Assembly: GCA_041563215.1 (NCBI GenBank)
Contig: JBFFNJ010000002.1
Location: 1 to 37,210, forward strand
DNA from: Candidatus Deferrimicrobia bacterium
GTDB taxonomy: Bacteria > Desulfobacterota > Deferrimicrobia > J040
Direction of reading: 5' to 3'
Length of the DNA: 37,210 nt
Shown one piece after another: positions 25,098-33,445 of the stretch; the first letter of the stretch is position 1, and every line of letters begins with the position of its first letter. Position numbers and translations under genes: made by a program. The notes below the pieces were generated by a model. It ran no database searches and had not been told where the DNA came from. It was given only the letters and a program-made list of their open reading frames with translations.

Positions 25098-26239
25098 AAA
25101 TTGCCGTCATCTCCTATCACACCTGCCCCTATGAGCCCTTTGGCCGGGGATACTCGGGGGGTATGAACGTATTTTTGCGGGAGCTTATCGAGCGCCTGTC
25201 CTTCATGGGCATCTCCGTAGATGTCTTTACCCGCTCTGGTGACGATGATTACGTATCCGTGAAGAATGAGCACCTGAAGGTGTACCACGTGGGGTGCCGC
25301 CTTCCGCCGTCCCCCTCTCTAGCAGATTTCCTTGCGTCGGAAGCCCGGTTCTCCGAGGGCGTCCTCGGGTGTCTCGGTGATGAAACCGACCTTTCCTTCA
25401 GCAATTACTGGCTTTCGGCACCCGCTTCCCTTGCGTTGAAGGCCCGGAGGGGCATCCCCGTTGTGCACATGAATCATACCCTGGAAAAGGTGAAGGAGAA
25501 ATTTTCGCAAACCGCATATCCATCGGATGCACTCCGACAGGCGAGGCTTTTCTGGGAATTTTTTGCACAGAAGCTTGCAGACCGGGTAATATTCCCCTCG
25601 CCGAGGGATTTCGAGGTGTCAGGCGCCCTTTACCCCTTTCTGGAAAAAAAGGGCGCCGTCGTTTACCCGGGGATATCGGATGAGTTTCTCGACTTACCCT
25701 CCCGGCGGGAGGAGGCGCGCAAAGAGATCGGCGTGGCGAAAGACATTTTTCTCTTTCTGTTCAGCGGCAGGGACGAGAGGACGAAGAACGCAGAGGGACT
25801 CATGGCCGCATTTAAAGAGCTTGACCAGAAGAGGTGCCGGCTGCTGGTCCTTGGCGGCGGCGCTTATCCGGGAGAGGGGATACAGTGCCTTCCGGCACAG
25901 GCTAGGGAGTCCCTCGTCGCCACGATGGATGCGTCGGACTGTGTCGTGGTCCCTTCCTATTACGAGAGCTTCGGGTTTTTCGCGATGGAAGCCCTTGCGC
26001 GGGGAAAGCCCGTCGTCGTTCCTGTCGGGACGTTTATCGGCGACCTCACCGCGGAACATGATCTGGGCGAGGTTTTCGACCCCGGGAGGAGAGGTTCGCT
26101 TGCCCGGGCGCTTGGATCCTGCGTCGAGAAAAAAGAGCGATTTCGGGAAAGAGCCCCCGAGATTGCGGAGAGGGCCGGACAGTTTACCTGGGAGAGAGCT
26201 TCCTCCCGATTTCTACAAGTTCTCGATCAGCTTTCGTGA
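25094..26239 (+). CDS. GT4-family glycosyltransferase with MshA-like (D-inositol-3-phosphate glycosyltransferase-like) N-terminus
   Basis: MKIAVISYHTCPYEPFGRGYSGGMNVFLRELIERL parallels the MshA signature ISxHTSPLxQPGxGDxGGMNVY. C-terminal YESFGFFAMEALARGKPVVV (EX7E region). ATGA start/stop overlap with the CelD-like gene. Confidence 0.75.
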   Translation: MKIAVISYHTCPYEPFGRGYSGGMNVFLRELIERLSFMGISVDVFTRSGDDDYVSVKNEHLKVYHVGCRLPPSPSLADFLASEARFSEGVLGCLGDETDLSFSNYWLSAPASLALKARRGIPVVHMNHTLEKVKEKFSQTAYPSDALRQARLFWEFFAQKLADRVIFPSPRDFEVSGALYPFLEKKGAVVYPGISDEFLDLPSRREEARKEIGVAKDIFLFLFSGRDERTKNAEGLMAAFKELDQKRCRLLVLGGGAYPGEGIQCLPAQARESLVATMDASDCVVVPSYYESFGFFAMEALARGKPVVVPVGTFIGDLTAEHDLGEVFDPGRRGSLARALGSCVEKKERFRERAPEIAERAGQFTWERASSRFLQVLDQLS

Positions 26240-27347
26240 GCCTCACAGCGTTGTCGATGAAGTTTTCGAGGCCAATCTTTGCCTCTTCGTCCGGGTACTG
26301 GATGGGGGGGTGCTTCATGAAGTAGGAGGACGGCTCGATGAGGGGGCCTCCCATGCGCGCGTCGATAGCGATCTTGAGACACCGGATGACGTCGATAACC
26401 ACGCCCGCGCTGTTCGGGGAGTCGATGACGGAGAGCCGCAGCTCCAGCTCTATCGGGGAGTCGGCGAAACCCTGGCCCTCGAGCCTGATGAAGCAGATCT
26501 TGTTGTCCTTCTGCCAGGGGACGTAGTCCGAGGGGCCTACGTGGATGTTTTCATCCGTCAGGGAACCGCTCACGACGGACCTCACCGACTCGGTCTTGGA
26601 TATCTTCTTGGAGGAAAGCCTCTTCCTGTTGAGCATGTTGAGGAAATCCGTGTTGCCCCCCGTGTTGATCTGGTAAGTCCTGTCGAGGGAGACGCCCCTG
26701 TCGGCAAAGAGCTTTGCGAGTGCCCTGTGGATGATCGTTGCACCGAGCTGCGATTTTATATCGTCCCCGATTATGGGTATGTTTTTTTCCGTGAACCTGT
26801 TTGCCCAGCCGTCATCGGACGCGACGAACACGGGAATGCAGTTAGCCATGGCGATACCGAGTTCGAGGCAGATACCGGCGTAGAACTCGGTGGCCTTCTG
26901 GGACCCGACGGGAAGGAAGTTCACGAGTATTTCGGCACCAGAATCGTAAAGGATCTTTTTCACGTCGTCCGGCTCCCGCATCGAGGGAAGGAATACCTGA
27001 TCTTCGGGGTACTCTGCCATGTGGTCGGGGAACCCGTCCAGGAGAGGGGACATGTAAACCTGACCGTTGTCGTTTTCAAAGTCGCTGAAGAAGACGGGGG
27101 TGGAGTTGGGCTTTGCAAAGATCGCCTCTTTCAGGCTCCTTCCGACTTTTCTCTCGTCGATGTCGAATGCGGCGACGATATCTATGTCTCCCGGGCCATA
27201 GGGGCCGATATGGCTGTTAATGAGCCCCCTTAGCTGGCCACGTTCGTCTGCCTTCTTCCCTCCCAAGTTCCGGTAATATTCGACGCCCTGGACAAGGGCG
27301 CTCGCACAGTTTCCGACTCCTACGATAGCAACCCGAATGTTTCCCAT
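26184..27347 (-). CDS. ino1: myo-Inositol-1-phosphate synthase (inositol-3-phosphate synthase)
   Basis: 387-aa ORF. N-terminal RVAIVGVGNCASALVQGVEYY Rossmann motif, and the NTGGNTDFLNM and SSYFMKHPP blocks typical of bacterial/archaeal MIPS. GAGGAA SD upstream. Confidence 0.88.
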   Translation of the reverse strand: MGNIRVAIVGVGNCASALVQGVEYYRNLGGKKADERGQLRGLINSHIGPYGPGDIDIVAAFDIDERKVGRSLKEAIFAKPNSTPVFFSDFENDNGQVYMSPLLDGFPDHMAEYPEDQVFLPSMREPDDVKKILYDSGAEILVNFLPVGSQKATEFYAGICLELGIAMANCIPVFVASDDGWANRFTEKNIPIIGDDIKSQLGATIIHRALAKLFADRGVSLDRTYQINTGGNTDFLNMLNRKRLSSKKISKTESVRSVVSGSLTDENIHVGPSDYVPWQKDNKICFIRLEGQGFADSPIELELRLSVIDSPNSAGVVIDVIRCLKIAIDARMGGPLIEPSSYFMKHPPIQYPDEEAKIGLENFIDNAVRLTKADRELVEIGRKLSPR

Positions 27348-27365
27348 TTCACGTTCCTCGAAGAT

Positions 27366-27536
27366 TTAGTGTTCCGCCGACACATTATTTGATTCGTCTT
27401 TGTCTATGGGGGATTCCTCGCCAGATGGAAGCTGGCTGAAGCAAACCCAGCACGCGGGGGGGGAAAGGCCTGATTTTTTGCGCCGCTCTTCTCCGATGAA
27501 ATTCTGGGCGCCGCATCTTTCACAGTACACGATCAT
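27366..27536 (-). CDS. Small zinc-ribbon protein (56 aa), not in the ORF track
   Basis: ATG 27536-27534 lies 4 nt after the ThDP-enzyme stop (TGACTGCATG). Translation: MIVYCERCGAQNFIGEERRKKSGLSPPACWVCFSQLPSGEESPIDKDESNNVSAEH, stop TAA at 27368-27366, which is 18 nt upstream of ino1. It has CxxC-x21-CxxC and an acidic tail. It fills the otherwise empty gap between two same-strand genes. Confidence 0.5.
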   Translation of the reverse strand: MIVYCERCGAQNFIGEERRKKSGLSPPACWVCFSQLPSGEESPIDKDESNNVSAEH

Positions 27537-27540
27537 GCAG

Positions 27541-29145
27541 TCAAAGTACTTTCCACGGGGGCAGCAGATCCTGCCTGACCTCTATCAATGCCGTTCCCCG
27601 CCTCTTTTTCGTGCTTTCCAGCACTACCCCCAGTTCTTCCGGGGAATCGGCTCTATTATAGTCGATTCCAGATGCAGCGCAAATATTTCCGAAGTCAGGA
27701 TTTTTCAGGTTTACGCCAATTTTTTCCAGACCTCCCCATTTTTCCCACTCCCGGAGCACTCCGTAGCCGGAATCGTTGAAGAGAATGACCGTGATGTCGA
27801 GGGGGTATTCGGCCGCTGTCTGGAGCTCTGCGGCGAAGTAGGGAAAGTTGCCGTCTCCTGTTATGACATACGCACGTTCCACCCGGGAAGCGGTGAGGGC
27901 CCCTATCGCAGCCGGGAGTGCAAAACCGAGGCTGTTGCTTCCCGAAGGATAGTGGTAGAGCCCGGGTGCTTTCGACCCGAAGAGGTATCTCATCCAGTAG
28001 GAGATTATGGTGGGGTCGGTGAAAACGTGAGCGTCACCGGGGATCTTCTCCTCCATTGTGGCGACGTACGCTGTCTCCGAGGGGTAGCTTGCGTGCGCAA
28101 GCCGGAGATGTTCTCTCCGTGCTTTTGCGAGGATACCCGGCAGCTCGCTCCCCCCCTCGTTCCCGTGAGGGTCGACGGCGGCGAGGAAATCCTCTGCCGT
28201 GCACTGAAGGTGATGCACCTTTGTTCCCGGCAGCACGGGGGGCGAGGGATCCAGGTTTACGTGCACGATTTCCGGCGGAAAGGGCCCCTTCCTGTTGCCC
28301 GTGGAGATGAGGGAAAAGGAGGTCCCGAGGGCGATCAGAATGTCTCCCTTCCCCATGACCTCTCTGGCCGTGGCCTGCCGGTATACCCCTCCCGCCAGCC
28401 GGTGTGTCTCCGGGATAGCCCCTTTTGCCGTTATCGTCGTAAAGAGGGGGGCATCGATCGTTTCGGCCAGGCGGAGGAGTTTTTCCCCGCACCCGGGGAA
28501 GATGGCCCCGTATCCCGCCAGGATGACGGGCCGGCGCGCCCGGTTGATCAGGTTTTCGGCCCCTTTCACCATGTCCGGAGAGGGTGGTGCCGGTTTTCGG
28601 GGTGTCAGGTCCGGTGCCGGCGCCGCCGGTTCATAGTGCGTGAGCACATCGACGGGAAGCTCCACGTAGGAGGGTTTCACGGGAGGGGAGAGAGATGCCC
28701 TCACCGCATCCGCGAGGAGCCTGTCCGCTTCTGAGGGGCCTTCGGGGAAAAACGCTGCGTCGATGATGCTGGTGGCCGATGCGGCCTGCCCCTCGAATTC
28801 GTGCAGGGCTTTCGCCCCGAGACCCCGTGCGTCCCGGTGGACCTGTCCGGAAACAAAAACGACGGGGGTGCCCTTCACTTTTGCTTCGAGCATCGCGCAG
28901 GACCCGATGAGGAAGCCCGGCCCCGGGGTCAGGAGACAGAAGGACACGCCCCCCGTTGCGCGGGAGTAGCCTGTCGCCATGTAACCGGCGCAGAGCTCTG
29001 TCCTCGCGGGAACATAGAGGTTTCCGAGCCCCGCCCGGGAGATCTCTCTCAAAAGGCGCATCACATGGGTTCCCGCCACACCGAAGACGGGGGCGCCCGT
29101 TCTCTCCAGTATCCCTACGAAAGGAAAGGCCAATGTCTTTCCCAT
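27541..29145 (-). CDS. Thiamine-diphosphate-dependent enzyme (acetolactate synthase / IolD / sulfoacetaldehyde acetyltransferase superfamily), specificity unknown
   Basis: The N-terminal Pyr domain contains GYMATGYSRATGGVSFCLLTPGPG. The C-terminal ThDP motif is ITGDGNFPYF...LFNDSGYG. The track ORF is trimmed to ATG 29145 (MGKTLAFPFVGILERTGAPVFGVAG). Confidence 0.8.
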   Translation of the reverse strand: MGKTLAFPFVGILERTGAPVFGVAGTHVMRLLREISRAGLGNLYVPARTELCAGYMATGYSRATGGVSFCLLTPGPGFLIGSCAMLEAKVKGTPVVFVSGQVHRDARGLGAKALHEFEGQAASATSIIDAAFFPEGPSEADRLLADAVRASLSPPVKPSYVELPVDVLTHYEPAAPAPDLTPRKPAPPSPDMVKGAENLINRARRPVILAGYGAIFPGCGEKLLRLAETIDAPLFTTITAKGAIPETHRLAGGVYRQATAREVMGKGDILIALGTSFSLISTGNRKGPFPPEIVHVNLDPSPPVLPGTKVHHLQCTAEDFLAAVDPHGNEGGSELPGILAKARREHLRLAHASYPSETAYVATMEEKIPGDAHVFTDPTIISYWMRYLFGSKAPGLYHYPSGSNSLGFALPAAIGALTASRVERAYVITGDGNFPYFAAELQTAAEYPLDITVILFNDSGYGVLREWEKWGGLEKIGVNLKNPDFGNICAASGIDYNRADSPEELGVVLESTKKRRGTALIEVRQDLLPPWKVL

Positions 29146-29249
29146 CCTCAAAAAGTTCCTTGATTTTGACCGGCTTTGAGTGCTTAAACTATTTTTAGCG
29201 AAACGCTGCGCAAATGCAACAAACAGCTTCAGGAGCACGGAGGGAGATC

Positions 29250-30608
29250 ATGCAGATCGAAAAGGGGACGGACAAGCTCGTCAAGACGATTCGACTGATG
29301 ATAAAGGATTCGCCGGGCTATCTTGGACGTCTTGCTACCGCAATCGGGGACATGGGAGGCAACATCGGGGACGTGAAGATCAACCGGTTCGGCATGGAGT
29401 ACAACACCCGCGACTTCACCGTGTTCGTCGATGACGAGGCACACCTGGAGCGGGTCCTCGAGGCAATCGGAAAGGTCGAAGGCGTCATCATCTCCGATGT
29501 TATCGACCTCGTCCTCGAGCTCCACCGCGGGGGGAAAATTCGCGTGAAATCGACCGTGACGATCGATGGCGTCAGTGCGATCAGAAAAATTTACACCCCC
29601 GGCGTGGCAAAGGTGTGCAAGATGATCCAGAGCGATCCCGATTCGGCATATGACTACACCTCTATCGGGAATTCCGTTGCTATAGCCACGAACGGGTCGG
29701 CCATTTTGGGCCTGGGAAATATCGGGGCAGTGGCGGGAATGCCCGTCATGGAGGGCAAGGCGGTCCTTTTCGACTATCTCGTGGGGATAAACGGGATTCC
29801 CGTTCTCATCGAGTCCGATGACCCTGAGGAGATTATCGCCGTGCTGGCAAAAACCGCCTGTACCTATGGTGCCATCAAGCTGGAGGATATCAAGGCCCCC
29901 GACTGTTTCCAGATAGAGGACAGATTGACGGAGCTCCTCGATATCCCCGTGATGCACGACGACCAGCACGGAACGGCCGTGGTGGTCCTCGCGGCTCTTA
30001 TCAACGCGAGCAAATACGTGGGGATGATGATCAAGAACGATATCGTGGGCGTCGTCGGCCTCGGTGCTGCCGGGATGGGCATATCGAAGCTCCTTCTTGC
30101 CTACGGGGTGAGGAAGCTGCTCGGTACCGATCTGAGCGAGCAGGCAATGGAGATTTTGCAGGACAAGGGTGGCGAGCCGACAAGCCTCGAGGAGATCATG
30201 CGCGAATCAGATATCGTCATCTGCACCACCGGTGTTGGCGGCCTGATAAAGAAAGAGATGATCCGGAAGGGCCAGGTTATCCTCGCTCTATCCAATCCCT
30301 TTCCGGAGATAACACCGGAGGATGCGAAGGCCGCCGGGGCGTCTTTCGCCGCCGACGGGAAGGGGGTCAACAATGCCCTCGCCTTCCCCGGAATTTTCCG
30401 GGGGGCGCTGAATGCCCGGGCAAGGAGGATAAACAACAGGATGAAGCTTGCGGCGGCGAAGACGATCGCGAAATTTGCAGAACCGGGTGAGCTCGTGCCC
30501 GGGATACTGAATATCGAGATGCATTCGGAAGTGGCAAAGGCCGTCGAGAGGGCAGCCTTTGAGTCGGGAATTGCAAAGCCGAAGCCGGACATCATCGGCG
30601 AGGATTGA
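29250..30608 (+). CDS. NAD(P)-dependent malic enzyme with N-terminal ACT domain
   Basis: ATG 29250 with GGAGGGAG upstream (track start 29214). An ACT-like first 75 aa is followed by YTPGVAKVC, NGSAILGLGNIGAVAGMPVMEGKAVLF and GLGAAG Rossmann motifs. Confidence 0.88.
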   Translation: MQIEKGTDKLVKTIRLMIKDSPGYLGRLATAIGDMGGNIGDVKINRFGMEYNTRDFTVFVDDEAHLERVLEAIGKVEGVIISDVIDLVLELHRGGKIRVKSTVTIDGVSAIRKIYTPGVAKVCKMIQSDPDSAYDYTSIGNSVAIATNGSAILGLGNIGAVAGMPVMEGKAVLFDYLVGINGIPVLIESDDPEEIIAVLAKTACTYGAIKLEDIKAPDCFQIEDRLTELLDIPVMHDDQHGTAVVVLAALINASKYVGMMIKNDIVGVVGLGAAGMGISKLLLAYGVRKLLGTDLSEQAMEILQDKGGEPTSLEEIMRESDIVICTTGVGGLIKKEMIRKGQVILALSNPFPEITPEDAKAAGASFAADGKGVNNALAFPGIFRGALNARARRINNRMKLAAAKTIAKFAEPGELVPGILNIEMHSEVAKAVERAAFESGIAKPKPDIIGED

Positions 30609-30667
30609 ACGCCGGTTCCGCGCCCCGGCAAATCAGCAAAAAAGTTCAGGGTTCAGGGTTTCCCCCG

Positions 30668-30685
30668 GCGAACCCCCGGGTTCGC
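30668..30685. terminator. GC-rich palindrome GCGAACCC-cc-GGGTTCGC between convergent genes, preceded by the tandem GTTCAGG GTTCAGG
   Basis: Read directly. It lies between the malic enzyme stop (30608) and the cytochrome stop (30690). The loop is very small, so the effective stem is about 6-7 bp. Confidence 0.35.
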
Positions 30686-30689
30686 TGAC

Positions 30690-31892
30690 TCATTCCTTCC
30701 TTCTTATCTTCAGCCTGATGAAGATGTCGTAGGCCAGGAGACAGGCGGTTATCAGGATGAGACCCAGAATGAGAGCCTGGAAGGGAAACTTCATGCCAGA
30801 GCGGTGAATCGTCATGTCGTCGATGTTTATCTTCACCGTCTTTAAGACGGGGTCCGGCGAGGGAATCTCATAGAGGAGCGACACGGCTGCGGAGAGGGTT
30901 TCAGATCCTTTCTCGAGGGGGAACTCCAGCGTCAGCATCCTTTTCTCTTTCGGGCCGATCCGATTGTCCTTGAGGACCGTGCTGGCGTTCAGGAACATGT
31001 CGGCTGCGGAGCTTATCGGTTTTCCCTCCCTGTTCCCGAGCACGCGCTCGATGAACACCTGCTTTTCGCCGATCACCTCTCCCCGGTCGCCGTTTAATCT
31101 CGCGTTTACGATGAGCCGGTGCGTGGGAATTCCCGTGGGGACCTTGTGGCCTGACCTGTCGTTGAAGAGCTCGATCTTCAGAATCGCCTCGTTTTTTCGG
31201 GACCTGAGAGTTCCCGTCATCGTGATGGCTTCTCTGATCTTTTCGGGGTAATACCCGCCCTGCATCGTGTGGTCCGGGGGCCCCTCTTCATCGGACCCGG
31301 GAAATAGTTGCGGGAGGTGGCAGAATTGACAATGAATCCCCTCGCCCCGGTAGAAACTCTGCTCCCACTCGGAGTAGGTGGTGAGTACGGGCACCCCGTT
31401 CTCATTGGTGAACTCGTGGCATCCGGCGCAGAATTTTGAATCGAGGAGAAGGGGGGAAAACTCGGTTTCGTGGTAGGGGCTCCTGGCATTGGCAATGGGG
31501 CCTCTTTTCGTTCCCGGCGTATTGACGAACCGCGGGAAGTCATTGCCGATGGTGACTTCCTTCACGGTGTGACAGAAGTCGCAGGTGATGCCTTCCCCTT
31601 CGGAAATACCCTCTTTTTTGTAGCCTTTCGGAATCGTTGCGATAGGGTTGTGGCAGAAGCGGCACAGCGACGCCCTGTCGGGGCTTGTGGATTGGGTTGC
31701 ACGGTATACTTTCCCGAAGTTCGGTTCGGTGAAGGAATTGGAGTGCCGGGATGATTTCCACTGGTCGTAGATTACCCCGTGGCACTTCTTGCATATTTCC
31801 GCAGTCTCGAAGCCCTTCTCACCGGAGTAGGAGAGCGGGGGCAGCGAGGAAAGAAGCAAAAAGATGAACAAAAGAGGGAAAGCCCGTTTCAT
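30690..31892 (-). CDS. Pentaheme c-type cytochrome with signal peptide and C-terminal transmembrane anchor
   Basis: Five CxxCH motifs (CKKCH, CRFCH, CDFCH, CAGCH, CQFCH). N-terminal signal sequence MKRAFPLLFIFLLLSSLPPLSYS. C-terminal hydrophobic helix ALILGLILITACLLAYDIFI followed by basic residues. Confidence 0.85.
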   Translation of the reverse strand: MKRAFPLLFIFLLLSSLPPLSYSGEKGFETAEICKKCHGVIYDQWKSSRHSNSFTEPNFGKVYRATQSTSPDRASLCRFCHNPIATIPKGYKKEGISEGEGITCDFCHTVKEVTIGNDFPRFVNTPGTKRGPIANARSPYHETEFSPLLLDSKFCAGCHEFTNENGVPVLTTYSEWEQSFYRGEGIHCQFCHLPQLFPGSDEEGPPDHTMQGGYYPEKIREAITMTGTLRSRKNEAILKIELFNDRSGHKVPTGIPTHRLIVNARLNGDRGEVIGEKQVFIERVLGNREGKPISSAADMFLNASTVLKDNRIGPKEKRMLTLEFPLEKGSETLSAAVSLLYEIPSPDPVLKTVKINIDDMTIHRSGMKFPFQALILGLILITACLLAYDIFIRLKIRRKE

Positions 31893-31979
31893 GGGGAAAA
31901 AATTCTCTTAAATTTTACGTGATTTTACTCTATTCTATTTTAACATTCAAGGTTTCCCCCTATAGGAGGCATATTCGCC

Positions 31980-33140
31980 TTGAAGAAGGTAAGGGACGAT
32001 ATTACGCCTTTCCTCGTCATGGAGATCATGGAGGAGGCCTTCGAACTCGAGAAGGAGGGAAGAGACATCATCCATCTCGAGATCGGAGAGCCCGATTTCG
32101 ACACCCCTGAGGTGATCAAGAAGGCGGCGATCAAGGCGATCGGCGATGGCATGACCAATTACACCCACTCCCTTGGAATCCTCCCGATGAGAGAGGCGGT
32201 TGCAGAGCACTACCTGGATAAGTATGGCGTGTCCATTTCTCCCGACAGGGTGGTGGTGACCAGCGGCACCTCACCCGCGCTGCTCCTTATCTTCTCGTCC
32301 ATCGTTTCTCCGGGTGACGAGGTGATACTGACCAACCCCTGCTACGCCTGCTACCCTAACTTCGTCAAATACGTCGGCGGGGTTCCCCGGTTCATAAACG
32401 TGTACGACAGGGACAACTATGAGCTCGATGTGGAAGGGGTAAAAAAGATTCTCGGCAGGCGCACGAAGGCCATCCTGATCAATTCTCCCTCGAATCCGAC
32501 AGGGACGGTTATTTCAAAGCAGAAGCTCAAGGAGATAGCCGGCCTCGGGATTACCGTGATCTCCGACGAGATCTATCACGGCCTGGTGTACGAAGGTGAC
32601 GAGGAGACCATCCTCTCCTGCGGGGATGAAGCATTTGTCCTGAACGGTTTTTCCAAGGCATATGCTATGACGGGATGGCGGCTCGGATACCTCATCGCCC
32701 CGAAAAAATATGTGCGTACAATCCAGATACTGCAGCAGAACCTCTTTATCTCCGCCAACGACTTCGTTCAGCATGCCGGCGTCGTGGCCATCAGGGAGGG
32801 GAGACCTTACGTGGAAGAGATGAAGAAGGTTTTCGACTCCCGGAGAAAAGTGATGATAGAGGAGATAAAAAAAGTGGGATTTGCCGTCCGGAGCGAGCCG
32901 AAGGGGGCGTTTTACGTCATGGCCGGTATCAGGGATTTTTCCAAAGATTCGCTTTCCTTTGCCTTCGAACTGCTCCGGGAAGCAGGCGTGGGCGCGACGC
33001 CGGGGGTCGATTTCGGTTCCAACGGGGAGGGTTTTCTCCGTTTCTCTTACGCAAACAGCGTCGAGAACATCAAGGAGGCATTCAAAAGGATCGGGAGTTT
33101 CCTGGAAAGCAAATACGGCAAAGTCGGAAAGGGAGGTTGA
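31980..33140 (+). CDS. Class I pyridoxal-phosphate-dependent aminotransferase (aspartate/aromatic type)
   Basis: 386-aa ORF with a TTG start and AGGAGG 11 nt upstream. GEPDFDTP, NSPSNPTG, SDEIY and FSKAYAMTGWRLGY motifs. Confidence 0.85.
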   Translation: MKKVRDDITPFLVMEIMEEAFELEKEGRDIIHLEIGEPDFDTPEVIKKAAIKAIGDGMTNYTHSLGILPMREAVAEHYLDKYGVSISPDRVVVTSGTSPALLLIFSSIVSPGDEVILTNPCYACYPNFVKYVGGVPRFINVYDRDNYELDVEGVKKILGRRTKAILINSPSNPTGTVISKQKLKEIAGLGITVISDEIYHGLVYEGDEETILSCGDEAFVLNGFSKAYAMTGWRLGYLIAPKKYVRTIQILQQNLFISANDFVQHAGVVAIREGRPYVEEMKKVFDSRRKVMIEEIKKVGFAVRSEPKGAFYVMAGIRDFSKDSLSFAFELLREAGVGATPGVDFGSNGEGFLRFSYANSVENIKEAFKRIGSFLESKYGKVGKGG

Positions 33141-33144
33141 AGGT

Positions 33145-33435
33145 ATGATTATGGCAGAGTTCAGCATTTTTCCCGTGGGCACCGGTGAAAGCCTCAGCCC
33201 GTACGTTGCGCGGTGCACGAAAATTATCGAGGAATGCGGGGTGAAGAATCAGCTGCACGCGATGGGCACTATCCTCGAGGGGTCCTGGGATCAGGTTTTC
33301 GGGGTGATCAAGAGATGCTTCGAGGAGCTCGAAAAAGACTGCCCGCGGATCTCCCTGAATATCAAAGTGGATTTCCGCAAGGGCGAATCCTACCGGATGG
33401 ATGCAAAGGTAAAGGCGGTTCTCAGCAAGATCTGA
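33145..33435 (+). CDS. MTH1187/YkoF-like (DUF77, UPF0045) thiamine-binding-fold protein
   Basis: MIMAEFSIFPVGTGESLSPYVARCTKIIEECGVKNQLHAMGTILEG is the family signature. GGGAGG lies 8 nt upstream. The gene is buried inside the longer track ORF 32881-33435. Confidence 0.8.
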   Translation: MIMAEFSIFPVGTGESLSPYVARCTKIIEECGVKNQLHAMGTILEGSWDQVFGVIKRCFEELEKDCPRISLNIKVDFRKGESYRMDAKVKAVLSKI

Positions 33436-33445
33436 GAAGACATTC

